From positions 14,758,001 to 14,822,000 of the forward strand of contig CM075990.1 in the NCBI GenBank assembly GCA_038087875.1: a stretch of 64,000 nucleotides of DNA. Reading direction: 5' to 3'. Under the pieces are notes generated by a model, which was given only the letters and a program-made list of their open reading frames with translations, made no database searches and was not told the DNA's origin. Origin of the DNA: Malacoraja senta. Its lineage: Eukaryota. How positions within the stretch are numbered: position 1 is the first letter of the stretch; every line of letters starts with the position of its first letter. Made by a program: the position numbers and the translations under genes. This document shows, piece by piece, positions 1 to 12,760 of this stretch.

Positions 1-959
1 TGAGTCTCTGGTGCTTCAAGCGCTGTAAGGCAGCAATTCTTAACGCTATTGGAGTTTGGAATGCTCTAAATCTCCTCTATGGGCAATGAAATACCACTTT
101 GGTGTATGCAAGATGGTCAACTAACATATGGTTGTAGTTTTTATACATTAAACCAATTTAAAAAACATTCTTTACAAGGGAACATACAAATAATTAGAAT
201 TTAAGCAGCATCTTTCATAACTTCACTGCACCAAAGAACATAATGGCCAATGGCACTCATATGATTTATTTACCAAGTCTAGAAATGACAGCAGATAGTT
301 TTTACAGGCCATTTTCCCAGAATAGCATTGTGAAAATGAGCCAGTGATCTGGATTTTTCTGATGTTTGTGGGCCTTTAGATATTGACTCAAGCATTGGAA
401 TAAGTTCCCCTGCTGTCCTTCAAATTTTTGCTGGTATCCTTTGCATCCCATCAGAAGGTAGACACTGTTGCTATTTACAAACTTGTACAAAGGATAGTAT
501 GTCTGACATACAGGTAGCACTGCGCTACCTGTGATGTGAAGTGTCCATCCTGTGCTAAAAATCAGCTGAAGTGAAAGTTAAACCTGCAGCCTACCTTGGA
601 AAAAGCGCGCGTTGAATAATTGTTTCAGTTCTGTCATCAACCTCTTTTCCCAAGGAGCAATTATCATTTGCATGCTTCCCCTTGCTGATGCCATCAAGAA
701 ACTTTAAGCTTTCATCATCCCTATTTCCTTCGCCTTTTTTGATGTCTCCAGTAAATTCTGCTGCAAAATTGCATTTAATATTAATCATCATGTCATTCTC
801 TTGAAGTAATCTTTGAAAAGTGAACATGTTCCCTGGATCTTGCTTCTCTTAGTCACTCTTTTACCAAGCCTTTTGTGGCTTCCTCTTATCTACTTGTGTG
901 TCAAGTTGAAAGATTCTATCGGTGACATTCCAATAGGCTCCTTGGGATGTTGCACTATG

Positions 960-1024
960 TTAAATGTGCCATGTTAAATATGTTAAATATATGTTAAATA
1001 TATGTTAAATATGTTAAATATATG
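960..1024. repeat. short tandem repeat, unit about ATGTTAAAT(AT)
   Basis: tatgttaaat repeated about 6 times with small indels. Confidence 0.85.
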
Positions 1025-1169
1025 CCAACTGTCCAGTTGTCCATGGTCATGTGACCATTTCTAACCATCAGTGGGTTGGCCTAGTGGAATGCGCATACCA
1101 AATCAAGTTCGATAGCAATATTGGTGATGAAGGAACCTTTAGTCTATGAAATATTGAGTTCCTCCTATC

Positions 1170-1385
1170 GAATTGAATTGAAAGACACAGAATGGAAACA
1201 GGTCCTTCAGCCCACCGAGTTCACCGACCATCGATCACTCGTTCACACAAATTCAAATTGATCCCACTTTCCATCCTCTCCCTACACACTAGAGGCAAAT
1301 TTGCAAAGGTTAATTAACCTACAAACCCACACATCTTGGGATGTGGGAGGAAACACAGTGAGAACCCATGCAGTCACACATGAGC
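1170..1385 (-). mobile_element. HE1/V-SINE-like SINE fragment (3' part)
   Basis: Reverse complement matches the tail gggctgaaggacctgtttcc and the core tcccacatcccaaga seen in the full copies at 5284 and 20694. Confidence 0.75.
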
Positions 1386-2692
1386 ACCTCTTACCGAACG
1401 ATGTTCCATTCAGATTTCAACTAATTACTTCTTGGAAATGGTCCCAATATATTCAGAAAAGTATTTTGCAATTTAACAAAATCTTAATCATTTTCTGCTA
1501 CATGTGAAATGAATGCATATAGTTCGACATGGTATTAAAACCAAATGTATTCTTTGTTTTACAAATGAGAGACAAATGCAATTGTTTTTTAAACAGAACT
1601 TCTGCAAACTGAGACAAGTATTGTCAGTCCGGCATTTTCAAGCCATAACATATTATCTGCCAACTTTTTATGATTTGTTTAGTTTGTTGGTATTAAGATA
1701 TTTCCTTGTCTGTTGTTGCATTGGCCATTGTTACAGTCATTAAGGAAGAGAAAGTTATCACTTGGCATGTTTGGGAACATTTTTATTCAACATGAAATAA
1801 TTCTGCAATCACAGGCACATCAGTGTCGTGCCTGCACAATCATTTTTGTGGCACACTGCAGCTTCAGACAGACTTGTATTACTGAGCAAGCTTATTCTGG
1901 GAACTGCAGCTCTGTCAGCACATATTCTGCACCCAGGCAAACATTGAAGGATGGCTTCTCATCAAGATGAGACAAAAAAGAAAAATGTGCATGAAGGTGT
2001 AGAAATGTCACTCAATGCAGCCAGCTGAATAAATAAATGGAAAGTAATCAAGCCAGAGACAGGAAGGCAAACTGCATTGCATTTTGCTTTTTTATTTGCA
2101 TGTCGGCAGGTTCTTCAACACTTCAGGATTTACCTGTGTTATTTTCACAGACGAGCTCCCATTGTTTTAAGCACAATATGGCACAAACGTTCTGTTATTG
2201 CCTTAGCCGTAACGTATCTTCAAAAACTGGATTTGTTAACCCCAGTGTTAAAACGTTGCATTGTATTTGAGAGCCTTGACTAGAACCTTGTCATAGATTG
2301 ATGTTTGCATTCAGGTTTGTCAGGAGTGACTGGGTTATCTGGGGAATAAAAATCAAGCGAAGAGTGGCGTGATTCTCATGCTTCTTTCAATGGAAGGGCA
2401 ATGTGTGGTGGTGATGTCCCATGAATATTTCCAGCCAACAAAACATCTGACTTATCACCAAGAAATTGGAACTTTGCATCAAACTTTGACATCATCACCA
2501 ATTGTTGTCCTATCTCTAATAGCCCTGCACAAGTTTTGGCAAACCACTCCTTTGATCCACAGCAGCCCATATGAAGGCACGCCCACATTTCTGTTTTGCA
2601 GAGAATTTCTAGGATTAGACACAATAAGAATGAATGATGGGTCATATTCAAGGTCAGGCCGATATCCAGTGAGCGGGGGCAAAAGATGATTG

Positions 2693-3032
2693 CCTAACTT
2701 CAAGTAACCCATGCATTCCTTCTCACTCCGTCCATCCCCAACCCTAGTTGTCGTACTAGTTTCATTATCGTTCTGTTGAGTTTCACTGTCTAACTTGTTA
2801 TTACCTACACCACAGCCAACAATGGATCATTGTGGGCCCCACCTTTCCTCAACAATCGATGCTTTTTGCAAACCTTTCATTCATTTGTTCTATTTATCTT
2901 CTCTTCATATATCTCTCGTCTCCCTTTCCCATGACTCTCAGTCTGAAGAAGGGTCTCGATCCGAAATGCCACCTATTCCTTTTCTCCAGAGATGCTGCCT
3001 GACCCACTGAGTTACTCCAGCATTTTGTGTCT
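2693..3032 (+). mobile_element. Penelope-like element 3' end (ORF stop + pLTR) with hammerhead motif
   Basis: aacttcaagTAA probable ORF end, pyrimidine-rich UTR, CTGAAGA at 2943 followed by agggtctcgatccGAAA, then the shared gatgctgcc...gagttactccagcattttgtgtc terminus. Confidence 0.75.
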
Positions 3033-3610
3033 GAGGGGGGGGGGAGATATGCAGATGGTGGGTTCCCTGAAGCCTCTGTGTGTGTCTCTCGTGATTGTCA
3101 AGTTTGTTTGCAAGTTGTTGTTAGAATTACTTAGTGTGCAGGTAATGGAGTGCAATACTATTTAGGGCGTTAGATGGAGCATCTAGCAAATAGGGTGCTT
3201 TACCCTAGAAGACATCGCGCTTGTATAACCATAGTATTATGTGCCTGGTCCAGTAAGTAGCTGCTCAGGGTGTTGACGGTGGAGTATCGGCTTTGGTACT
3301 GCCATTGAATATGATTAGACTCTATGGTTGGAGATGATCATTGTTTGGCATTTTTGTGTTGCAAGTATTACTTCCCACTAATCAGCCCATCCTAGAAGTT
3401 TGTCCAAATCTTGCTGCATGCTTCGCTTGTTGGAGTACCAAAGAAAAGTATTACTTTTTTAAAAAAGGTTTGAAACCATTGAAATTGTGCAGCACTCTAT
3501 AGCAAGGAGTATCTGGGAATATTCACATTAAAATCTCCTCCTTTCACTTGGACATTTGGACAGGGATCTGTAAATTAAAAAAAATTATGGCTTTTGTATT
3601 TATCCTGCAG

Positions 3611-3656
3611 GTCGCGTTAGAAGTATCCCGATGGGACTGGACACCATTCCTCATCT
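3611..3656 (+). other. candidate 46-nt internal exon of an unidentified host gene
   Basis: Acceptor ttttgtatttatcctgcAG, donor CT|GTAAGA; two frames open (VALEVSRWDWTPFLI or RVRSIPMGLDTIPH); not repeat-like; protein not recognised. Confidence 0.3.
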
Positions 3657-4289
3657 GTAAGACATTGATTTTAGTCTTTGGAGTTCGGAAGCTGTCAGAG
3701 CGGCGACAGTGGTGACAGTTCTCGTGCTTTTTTCATGAGCTAAATTTTGAAGATACAAACCCCAGAAAGATCCTAGGGTGATAAAATACATTGAAGTAAC
3801 AAAAAAACAACACAGAAATCTCTCAAGAGGATTGATGAAAGACCCAAGCTCAGATTGTGAAGCCACTTTTGACAACAGAGGTTTTATAGTGACAAGTATT
3901 TCTGATGCAATGATTTAGTTAAAAACAAAGCATGTCATAAAGATGTGGATATATTGGTGCACGTCTTTGCTTTCTATGACTCAAAGTATTTTAACAGAAG
4001 AGAGCAAAGCAATAAATTACTTGAAGCATATACAATAGTTTTTTTTCTAAAACTTAATAGTTTTTATTGTGACTTTTCATTTGATATTTAATTTGATATG
4101 TCTTGTTTGTTGGACTAAAGAATCACATCAGGATTTGGACTAATTAAGCTAACATTCTGTAAGTTAGAGAAGTTGAACCTGTTGGCATGAGCTGCTGTCT
4201 ATAGATACCCCTATGCCATACTGTCCAGGAAAGGATTTGGTTGTTTGATCTCTAGCTGTCAGAGTAGGGACAGCTGTGGCAATTCTCAT

Positions 4290-4575
4290 GATTTCATGAT
4301 CATATAAGTGTAAGTGAGTGCAGAGAAGATTTACCCAATGGCCTGAACAATAATGAGAGGTTGAGCAGGCTAGGACATTGCTCCAAGGAGTGCAGAAAGC
4401 TGTGGGGTGATCATATAGAGGTGTATACAATGAATAAATCTTTTACCCGGGGCAGGGAAATGAAGAACCTGAGGTCCCAGGTTTAAGATGGGAGGGGCAA
4501 GATTTAATAGGAACTTAAAGTTTTTCATTCAGAGGGTGGTGGGGATATGGAAAGAGTTACCAGAGGAGGTAGCTG
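4290..4575 (+). mobile_element. degraded CR1 LINE ORF2 C-terminal fragment
   Basis: FFIQRVVGIWKELPEEV resembles the CR1 motif FFTQRVVNLWNSLP. Confidence 0.7.
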
Positions 4576-4758
4576 AACGATACAGCATGGAGAAGGCCCT
4601 TTGGCCCACCGAGTTCATGCTGACCATTGATCACCTGTTCATACTGGAGAGCGTGTTCCTGAGTATATACCTTTCATCTATGCCTGATCAGTATCAAAGG
4701 ACAAGCTCAACTAGTTCCCCAATGTTATCTGAGGAAGAAGACGTTATGAAGACGTTAT

Positions 4759-4891
4759 TCAGTCTGAAGAAGGGTTTCGGCCCGAAACGTTACCTATTTC
4801 CTTCGCTCCATAGATGCTGCTGCACCTGCTGAGTTTCTCCAGCATTTTTGTGTACCTTCGATTTTCCAGCATCTGCAGTTCCTTCTTTAAC
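4759..4891 (+). mobile_element. short PLE-derived hammerhead element, single arm with tail
   Basis: CTGAAGA at 4764, stem GGGT-TTCG-GCCC, GAAACGTT; TSD aagacgttat at 4749-4758 and 4892-4901 (extra copy 4738-4747). Confidence 0.85.
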
Positions 4892-5283
4892 AAGACGTTA
4901 TCCTTACCTGGTCTGGCAAACATTCCTTATGATGAAAATGCGTTTGATTATAGTTTCTGCTGACGGGCTGCGGTAAGTCATTGTCATATTAAACCACATC
5001 AGAGAATTCCACATGAATTGTGGGGGTTTATCACAGAGGTGTAATGCCACCTTTACTGCATAGCAAAGCCCACATCTTGGGAATAAATCTGATCCGGACA
5101 TTTTTCTCTGAAATGACCAGCAGATGTGCATAATAAGGGTGGTATTATAATCTACTTGGGATCACTAGATTTTGGCTGATTGTCATCTAACTGGATGATT
5201 AAAGTACAACCTTCTCATCTACCATCATCTATTATCAGGATGTTATGATTAGCACAGAGTGGCAGTGATACCTGAACTATAGA

Positions 5284-5605
5284 GGGCAACACAGTGGCAC
5301 AGCCGTAGAGTTGCTGCCTCACAATGCCAGACCAGGTTCGATCCTGACCTCTGGTGCTGTCTAGGTGGAGTTTGCACATTCTCCTTGTTACCACGTGGGT
5401 TTCCTCTGGGTGATTTGGTTTTATCCCACATCACAAAGACTTGTGGGTTTGAAGGTTAATTGGCCTCTGTAAAAATTGCCTCTTGTGTGCAGAGATTGGA
5501 TGAAAATGTGGGATAATGTAGAACTAATATGAATGGGTGATCAGTGGTCAGTGTGAACTTGGTGGCCGAAGGGCCTGTTTCCATGCTGTACCTCTTAACT
5601 TAACT
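5284..5605 (+). mobile_element. HE1/V-SINE-like tRNA-derived SINE, full length
   Basis: A-box-like tggcacagccgt, B-box ggttcgatcc (5335), core gtggagtttgcacattctcc, LINE-like tail gccgaagggcctgtttccatgctgta, (taact)n end. Confidence 0.85.
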
Positions 5606-5958
5606 TCAAATGTCTCGTAATCTCTCACTGTACATCACAGCTACAGGTGGATGGTTCTGTGGTTAAGATACCAGGCTGGTAATCTGGAGGCTTACACTAA
5701 CATTTCAGAGATGTGAAGTCATACCCATTATAGCAACGGTCCAATTTAAGTGATTGATTAAATTAACCATGCTTATTTTCCTTTGGGATGGGAGAGGTTG
5801 GTCAGAGTAATTTTCATCAGTTTCACAGGAAGGATGTCTAGCAACCGTGTCTGATCCGTCCAGTTGTAACTCCAGACTTGGGATAATGTGGTTAACTCTG
5901 AAGCATACTCTGAAACGACCCTGCAATTTACGAAGATGTATTCAGAGCACTATGTTTG

Positions 5959-6615
5959 AATGGTATGTTGGCCTTCATAGCAAGAGGATTTGAGTATAGG
6001 AGCAGGGAGGTTCTACTGCAGTTGTACAGGGTCTTGGTGAGACCACACCTGGAGTATTGCGTACAGTTTTGGTCTCCAAATCTGAGGAAGGACATTATAG
6101 CCATAGAGGGAGTGCAGAGAAGGTTCACCAGACTGATTCCTGGGATGTCAGGACTTTCATATGAAGAAAGACTGGATAGACTTGGCTTATACTCGCTAGA
6201 ATTTAGGAGATTGAGAGGGGATCTTATAGAAACGTACAAAATTCTTATGGGGTTGGACAGGCTAGATGCAGGAAGATTGTTCCCGATGTTGGGGAAGTCC
6301 AGGACAACGGGTCACAGCTTAAGGATAAGGGGGGAATCCTTTAAGACCGAGATGAGGAAAAACTTTTTCACACAGAGAGTGGTGAATCTCTGGAACTCTT
6401 TGCCACAGAGGGTAGTTGAGGCCAGTTCATTGGCTATATTTAAGAGGGAGTTAGATGTGGCCCTTGTGGCTAAAGGGATCAGGGGGTATGGAGAGAAGGC
6501 AGGTACGGGATACTGAGTTGGATGATCAGCCATGATCATATTGAATGGCGGTGCAGGCTCGAAGGGCCGAATGGCCTACTCCTGCACCTATTTTCTATGT
6601 ATCTATGTATCTATG
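5959..6615 (+). mobile_element. young CR1 LINE, 5'-truncated (ORF2 C-terminus + 3'UTR)
   Basis: Open frame 5956-6516 with LVRPHLEYCVQFWSP, RRLRGDLIE and FFTQRVVNLWNSLP; 3' hairpin and (TATCTATG)n tail. Confidence 0.95.
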
Positions 6616-6649
6616 AATAGAATAAAAATGAAACCAGGCACCACCTGAC

Positions 6650-6785
6650 TGAAGAAGTCTGAAGAAGGTTCTCGACCCGAAACATCACCCATTCCTTCTC
6701 TCCAGAGATGCTGCCTATCCCGTTGAGTTACTCCAGCATTTTGTGTCTACCTTCGATTTTACCAGGTGGTAAGAAGTTCTTTCTT
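6650..6785 (+). mobile_element. short PLE-derived hammerhead element
   Basis: CTGAAGA at 6659, GAAAC, shared terminus; TSD accacctgac at 6640-6649 and 6786-6795. Confidence 0.85.
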
Positions 6786-7310
6786 ACCACCTGACATCCA
6801 CCCAGATACTGAATTTGGACAGGACAAAGTGGCTTGCATCAGAGTCAGCCATGTACAAGCCTCAGCAACATCTGGTCACCGGTGCCTAATGTAGGAGGGT
6901 TGTCTCACAGAACAGTCAAACACAGCTTAACATAGCTGTTCTCATGGAATCAAGGGACAGACTACATAGCCAGCCTTGCAGAACATGCAGATTCTGCTTC
7001 CCAATCTCATGATATATTCCCTCCTACATATTGTCAATAGCACAAGTTGTAGCAAAGTGCAGACTGACAGAGAAGAGTGGTTCTTAGAGTTTGAACATTA
7101 ACTGAGGACCATTACATCTCATGGCATCAAACCAAACATCAAATTCCCCTCCATTTTCATCCTGGGGATTACTTTTGATCAGAACTCAAATGAACATAAA
7201 TATTGTGTCTGCAAGAACAGGTCTTATGGGGTGAGTGATTTCTCCTACCTGATATCCAAAGCATCTACAAGACATTAGCTAGGAGTTGATGGAATCGTTT
7301 CCGTTAATCT

Positions 7311-7627
7311 GTTAGTTAGTTAGAGATACAGAATAGAAACAGGCCCTTCAGCCCATTGAGTCCACACCAATCATTGATCACTTGTTCACTCTAGTTCTAT
7401 GTTTTTCCCACGTTCACCTCCACTCCCTACATACAAGGGACAATTTACAGAGGCCAATTAATCTACAGACCGGCACGTCTTCGTGATGTGGGAGAAAACT
7501 AGAGAACCCAGAGAAAATCCACGCATTTGCAGGCAGAAAGTACAAACTCCACACAGGCTGCACCCAAGGTCAGGATCGAACACGGGTCTCTGGCGTGAGG
7601 CAGCAGCACTGCGCCACTGTGCCGCCC
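7311..7627 (-). mobile_element. HE1/V-SINE-like SINE, full length
   Basis: Reverse complement starts gggcggcacagtggcgcagt, has B-box gttcgatcc and ends with the LINE-like tail and (taac)n. Confidence 0.85.
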
Positions 7628-7714
7628 AATTTCACTTGGCTTTCGCCTGGGCGTTGTCCCCGGCTTTTCCTTGTCCAAACATTCCCACAAATGTCTGCAC
7701 TTAGAATGATTATA

Positions 7715-7895
7715 GTTCAGTTTAGTTCATTATCTTGTGTACCGAGGTACAGTGAAAAGCTTTTGTTGTGTGCTCTTCAGTCGGCAGAAACACAATTCAT
7801 GATTGCAATCGAGCCATTTACAGTGCTTAGATACATGATAAGTGAATAACATTTATTGCAAGGTAAAGACAGCAAGGTCCGATCCAGGATAGTCC
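7715..7895 (-). mobile_element. Rex1/Babar-like LINE 3' UTR fragment
   Basis: gtgtaccgaggtacagtgaaaagcttttg terminal motif shared with the Rex1-like copies at 38150 and 46270-47155. Confidence 0.6.
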
Positions 7896-8114
7896 TGAAG
7901 GAGTATAGCTTCAACACCACATGCCTAACACCATGGAGGAGAATTTAGCCCCCTTGACTGGCCCCCAATAACTGTGAACTTTGGCTACAGTGTTTACCAT
8001 CTGCTAAATAATCCCATACAGTTCCTCACCTCGGCTATTTTGACAGCAATCCCAAGTACACAGCGTCCATCACCAAACTTGATGAGAACATGTGGGAACA
8101 TCACTACCTGTTCT

Positions 8115-8247
8115 GTGAATGAAGGAACTGCAGATGCTGGTTTAAACCAAAGATAGACACAAAATGCTGGAATAACTCAGTGGGACAGGCAGCATCTCTG
8201 GAGAGAAGGAATGGGTGACGTTTTGGGTGGAGACCCTTCTTCAGACT
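8115..8247 (-). mobile_element. short PLE-derived hammerhead element
   Basis: Reverse complement agtCTGAAGAagggtctccacccaaaacgtcacc through the tail ccagcatctgcagttccttc. Confidence 0.85.
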
Positions 8248-8672
8248 CGGGGAGGGAGATAGACAGATTATTGATTCAAGAAGGTGGCTCATTATTGTCT
8301 TCCTGAGGGCAGTTAAGGATGGGCAATAAATGCTGGCTATGGCAGTGATCTATACCATGAGAATGAAAGAAAGGGCTACCTTCAGGACCCGATATATACC
8401 CTTCTCAAAATATCCAGCAAGGTTATTCACACACAACCCTCATGAGGCTGGTTTTAAGTTGTACCCTTTAAAATTGACTTACAGATTTTCAATCTTAAAA
8501 AAATATATCATATATGTGACGTATCTATTTATTATAATATTAGTCACATACAAAGTAAAGTTGTTTAGAATGAGGCATTCAAAGCCATTTCACTACTCTG
8601 AGAAAGATTGTGGTTTCCCTATTCTTCATTAAAGGTGGTCCCAATTGAGATTTATCTTGCTTCAAATAATAA

Positions 8673-8993
8673 TAGCCCTGTCCCACGGTACGAGTTCATT
8701 CCAAGAGCTCTCCCGAGTTTAAAAAAAAATCAAACTCGTGGTAAGCACGGAGAATGAACGTAGCGGGTACGTCGGAGCTCGGGAACGTCTCTTAGCGCTA
8801 ACGGCAGGTACTCGGGCAGACTCGCTAACGGCAGGTAAGCACGGGAAGACTCGTGAAGATTTTTCAACATGATGAAAAATGTCCACGAAAGCCCCGAGTA
8901 CCGACGAGTGGCCATTACCGTAAATCTCCGAGTTCGAATCAGGGCAAACTCGGGAATACTCTTGGAATGAACTCGTACCGTGGGACAGGGGTT
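8673..8993. mobile_element. PIF/Harbinger-like MITE
   Basis: Long TIRs ccctgtcccacggtacgagttcattccaagag / ctcttggaatgaactcgtaccgtgggacaggg; flanks taa/caa; CpG-rich interior. Confidence 0.85.
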
Positions 8994-9842
8994 CAAGTGT
9001 TTGGAAATTTTTTCTTTGTCATACAGGGATCCTGGGCATGCAATAAAAGGGTAATCTGTGCCTTGCCTTTCACCACTTGGGAAAAGTGTGCATACTAACT
9101 TTTTCTACTTTTCCCAGTGGTCTACCTTGGAAACTCTGAGACATTGTGTTGAGTTTGTGTGACAGATATGCAGCTTGTTGGAAAAACTCTTGAATGACCA
9201 ATTTACAATTTTTTTTTGCATTGGTCTATTGAGCTATTTAGTTGAGCGAAAAATGTTAAGTCTGGGTGGAGAAAGGGAGCCAGAATGTATTGACTTAGGC
9301 TTTTTTGTGTGAATGGAGCATAATGCATTTGACCATCGTAACAATCCCATGGTGAGGAATTATCCTGAAGTGGAGCTAAATGCATCTGCTCTATCCAATA
9401 TTGCCCTTCAGCCATAGTGTTGTAGATTATTCTTGTCCAAGTCCGATCATTTTCCACTCTGTATAACAGCTGTACGTTGGAATTATTTTCACTACTTAGT
9501 GCTTGAAATGTGAACAGTCAGAGATCTGATTTACTAAGACTTAGTCCTTCAGGTGTCTTGTGTGAAGATGTTCCGCTCATCAGCCCAGATTTTGTGATGG
9601 GTAATTAAGGGGAAATTGCTGGTGTTCAAAGTCATTATTCTGACAGAGACTGCATTTTTAGGAGTTTAATGCAGAAATTGTAGAGATGCTGTCACAAAAG
9701 CAGCACAACTTTATGACTGTACTCTGAATCTTTCTCTGTTTCATTTTGAATAAAAGAATGAGTAGACTGATGTAAACCTAATCTATTAAGGACTTACCCT
9801 CCCCTCTCCTCTGCAAAAAAATCACCTTCAAAGCTCATGAAA

Positions 9843-10000
9843 TCTGAAATGTAAACAGAAACCATTGGAAACATTCAGCAGGCCAGTCAGCATCTGTGGA
9901 AAGTGAAAAGATTACTGTCTGTGTGTTGACTTTAACGCTATTTCTACCCTAGCAAATGCTGCCTGAGCTGCTGAGTGTTTCCAACGTTGTTTTGTTTTTA
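9843..10000. mobile_element. old fold-back PLE-pLTR-derived element
   Basis: Degenerate arms ttggaaacattcagcagg...cagcat / atgctgcctgagctgctgagtgtttccaa. Confidence 0.6.
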
Positions 10001-10241
10001 CTGTAAATCTTATGCTTAGTTACACAAGGGCTGCATATTTTATTTAATGGTGTAATAGCCATAATTATCATTCACAAATTGTCTGGCTTTAGATTACGCA
10101 ATGTGCTGCAATTTTTGCGCATGAATATTTCAAAAGCGTTTTTTAAACCTTATTTCATCATCCGCTTTAATAAATTAACGTTCCAACCTTTGTATGGTGC
10201 TTATGTTTAAAATATTACTTTAAAGTAGTTGGTTGCTGCAC

Positions 10242-10454
10242 TGTAGAAGCAAAGAACTGTAGATGCTGGTTAATACACAAAATGATACAAAGTGCTGGCA
10301 TAACTCAGCAGGTCAGGCAGCATCTCTGGAGAACATGGATAGGTGACGTTTCAAATTGAGACCTTTCTACACACTGAACTGAAGAAGAGTCCTGATGATG
10401 TGAGATGTCACCTATCCATGTTCCTGCTGAGTTACTCCAGCACCATGTGTCCTT
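10242..10454 (-). mobile_element. fold-back PLE hammerhead element
   Basis: Inverted arms around actgaaCTGAAGAag; tail on left arm only; TSD ttggttgctg at 10229-10238 and 10455-10464. Confidence 0.8.
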
Positions 10455-11274
10455 TTGGTTGCTGGGCTGTCGGTTAGCATTCTTCAAAATTGTTGGCTGA
10501 TTAACCAGCTTGATCACATTAGGTTTTGGACACGAGTTTTCCTGATGAACTAATGGTCGCAAGCAGTTGCCAGCAGAGGAAGGTTGATAGCTCTCACTAA
10601 AGGGATCATCCGTCACCGTCACTTTACTCATGTCAAATACCGGGCTGAATTTAACCCACTACATCATGTACTTCCCGCAGTTTCTGTAGTAGTTTGTTAG
10701 TGGAATTTTGGATGACGAGTTAAAAAAAAAAATGTTGTTGGAAGAATGAACAGAAGTCATGGATGCATATCGCACAAAAATAAGTCCCACTGGGTCTATG
10801 CCAATCATCTAGTATTATTCTACATTAATTAGTTGTTTTTCTCGCATCCCCCACTCCTCACCCTCACCTTTCACCGATGTGAGGGTAACTATTCAGTCAG
10901 CACATTGGAGGAAACAAGAGGACTCGAGGCAAACCCACATGGTCACGAGGGCAAAGTGGACACTGCACACAGACAACACCCGGCTCAGTATTCAACTCGG
11001 GTTTCTGGAGCTGAGAGGGAGCAGAATTACCTGATGCATGCACCAATCTGCTCTCTTTACAATCTAACTTTGTTAATTTATAATAAATTCAGAACAAGTA
11101 GGATCCACTGTGCATTTGAAGTTGTGTATTAAAGAGAAATACATGATCGTTCGTTTGGAGGATTGATGTTGGGAATAGATCTGGCACGGAAGTTGAGGTC
11201 AACCTGGACCAGTCGTGGTCATATTGAATGATGGACAAGCTTGAAGGCCGAGTGGGCTACTCTTGTTCCTATTT

Positions 11275-11408
11275 TGATTAGTACGGGTGTCAGAGGTTAT
11301 GGGGAGAAGGCAGGAGAATGGGGGTTAGGTGGGAGAGATAGATCAGCCATGATTGTATGGCACAGTAGACTTGATGGGCCGAATGGACTAATTCTGCTCC
11401 CATCACTT
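11275..11408 (+). mobile_element. CR1 LINE 3' end fragment
   Basis: LISTGVRGYGEKAGEWG followed by the CR1 3'UTR gatcagccatgatt...gggccgaatgg. Confidence 0.8.
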
Positions 11409-11502
11409 ATAATTTTCTTGTGTGGCTTAAGATCCTTCCCAACCTTCGCATATAATCATGCTCAATTTCAGCATATCTAAGCCAAAAACATTTCTTATAA
11501 AA

Positions 11503-11716
11503 CTCAGTGCTGGAGGAATGTGTTGGGTCAGGCAACATCTCTGGAGGAAATAGACAGGTGACGTTTCGGGTCGGGACCCATGTTCTCTTCTGAAGAAGGC
11601 TTCTCACCTGAAACGCTGTCTGTCCATTTCCTCTGCAGATGTTGTCTGACTCACTGAGCTCCTCAAGCACTTGGTATTTTGCACAAGATTCCAATATCTG
11701 CAGTTCCTTGTGTCAA
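11503..11716 (+). mobile_element. fold-back PLE hammerhead element (older subfamily)
   Basis: Arm gtgctggagg...gtgacgtttcgggtcgggaccc, then CTGAAGAagg...GAAAC, right arm and tail ccaatatctgcagttccttg. Confidence 0.75.
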
Positions 11717-12402
11717 CATGTCTTAATAGATTCTATTGCATCTTTAAAAAAAATGCTTCACGAGTTATTTAAAAAAAACATTCAGTCGTTGTATATTGTT
11801 GGAGATTTACATGTTGAAATAATAGCTTTGTCATGGGTTTCTCGGCTAAACTTTTACATCTGCTCTGTTAAATGAAATGATGTATCTCTGTCTGGTTCGT
11901 GACATTGCACTTTGCAATGTTTGCGCTTCACAAGCTTCACTTTTTGCTACTGTCCCAATTCATCCAGCCCAGCTCCAGTGGATGAAAACAGCAGAAATGA
12001 GGAACAGAAGTCATTGCAGCCTCTACACCATTCCACTCTATTATTGAATACGATGAATGTATCAAACACGCGAGGCATTACTATGCCTGTGTAGGGCTCT
12101 TCACTCTTCAGTGCTTAATCTGCTAATTGATTGACCTGAATGCATGAATTAAACCCATTGATGCTTGACCTGAAAGTTCTTCCCATGAAAATTAATGGGA
12201 ATTAAATAATGCTATATTTCACTCCCAGCAAGAATTTCTAAATTTAAAGGCTTCTTAAGTTGAAAGTTGGAAATTAATGGTGAATCATTACTAACACTTT
12301 TTAATGGAGTTTCATTTTCATTCTATTTTAATTGATTTGTCCAGTGATGTTGTGATTGTGTTGATCATTCATGCACTTAGATGAATGAGGAGCTTTAGTG
12401 AA

Positions 12403-12760
12403 GACCAAAACACAAAGTGCTGGATGATGTCAATGGGTCAGGCAGCATCTGTGGAGGAAATATATTGGCAATGCATTGGATCAGGAACCTTCTTCACTCA
12501 TTGTAGTATCGGGGAGAAATCTGGAAAAGAGAGGTGGGGTTGAGACAAAGCCCAGCAAGTGATAGGTGGATACAAGTGAGGGGGGAGGGTAATTGGCAGA
12601 CAAGTGGAGTAAGTAACAAAAGCTAGAGGTAAGAATTAGTCATAAAGTTGTCAGATAAAGAGTGAAAAGAGGAATGAAATACACAGCTTGAGGGAGGGAT
12701 TTGGGTGGAAAGGGGCAGTAGGACAGGGAGGGAAATGAAGGGAAAAAGGGATGGATCATG
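12403..12760 (-). mobile_element. old PLE 3' UTR/pLTR fragment
   Basis: acacaaagtgctgg...gggtcaggcagcatctgtggagg...ccttcttca followed by a purine-rich UTR on the + strand. Confidence 0.6.

Noticed and set aside
302..827. Two minus-strand ORFs, one ending at a donor-like AG|GTAGGC, with faint Crypton-like peptides
   Set aside because: No acceptor and no recognisable domain; similarity too weak to support
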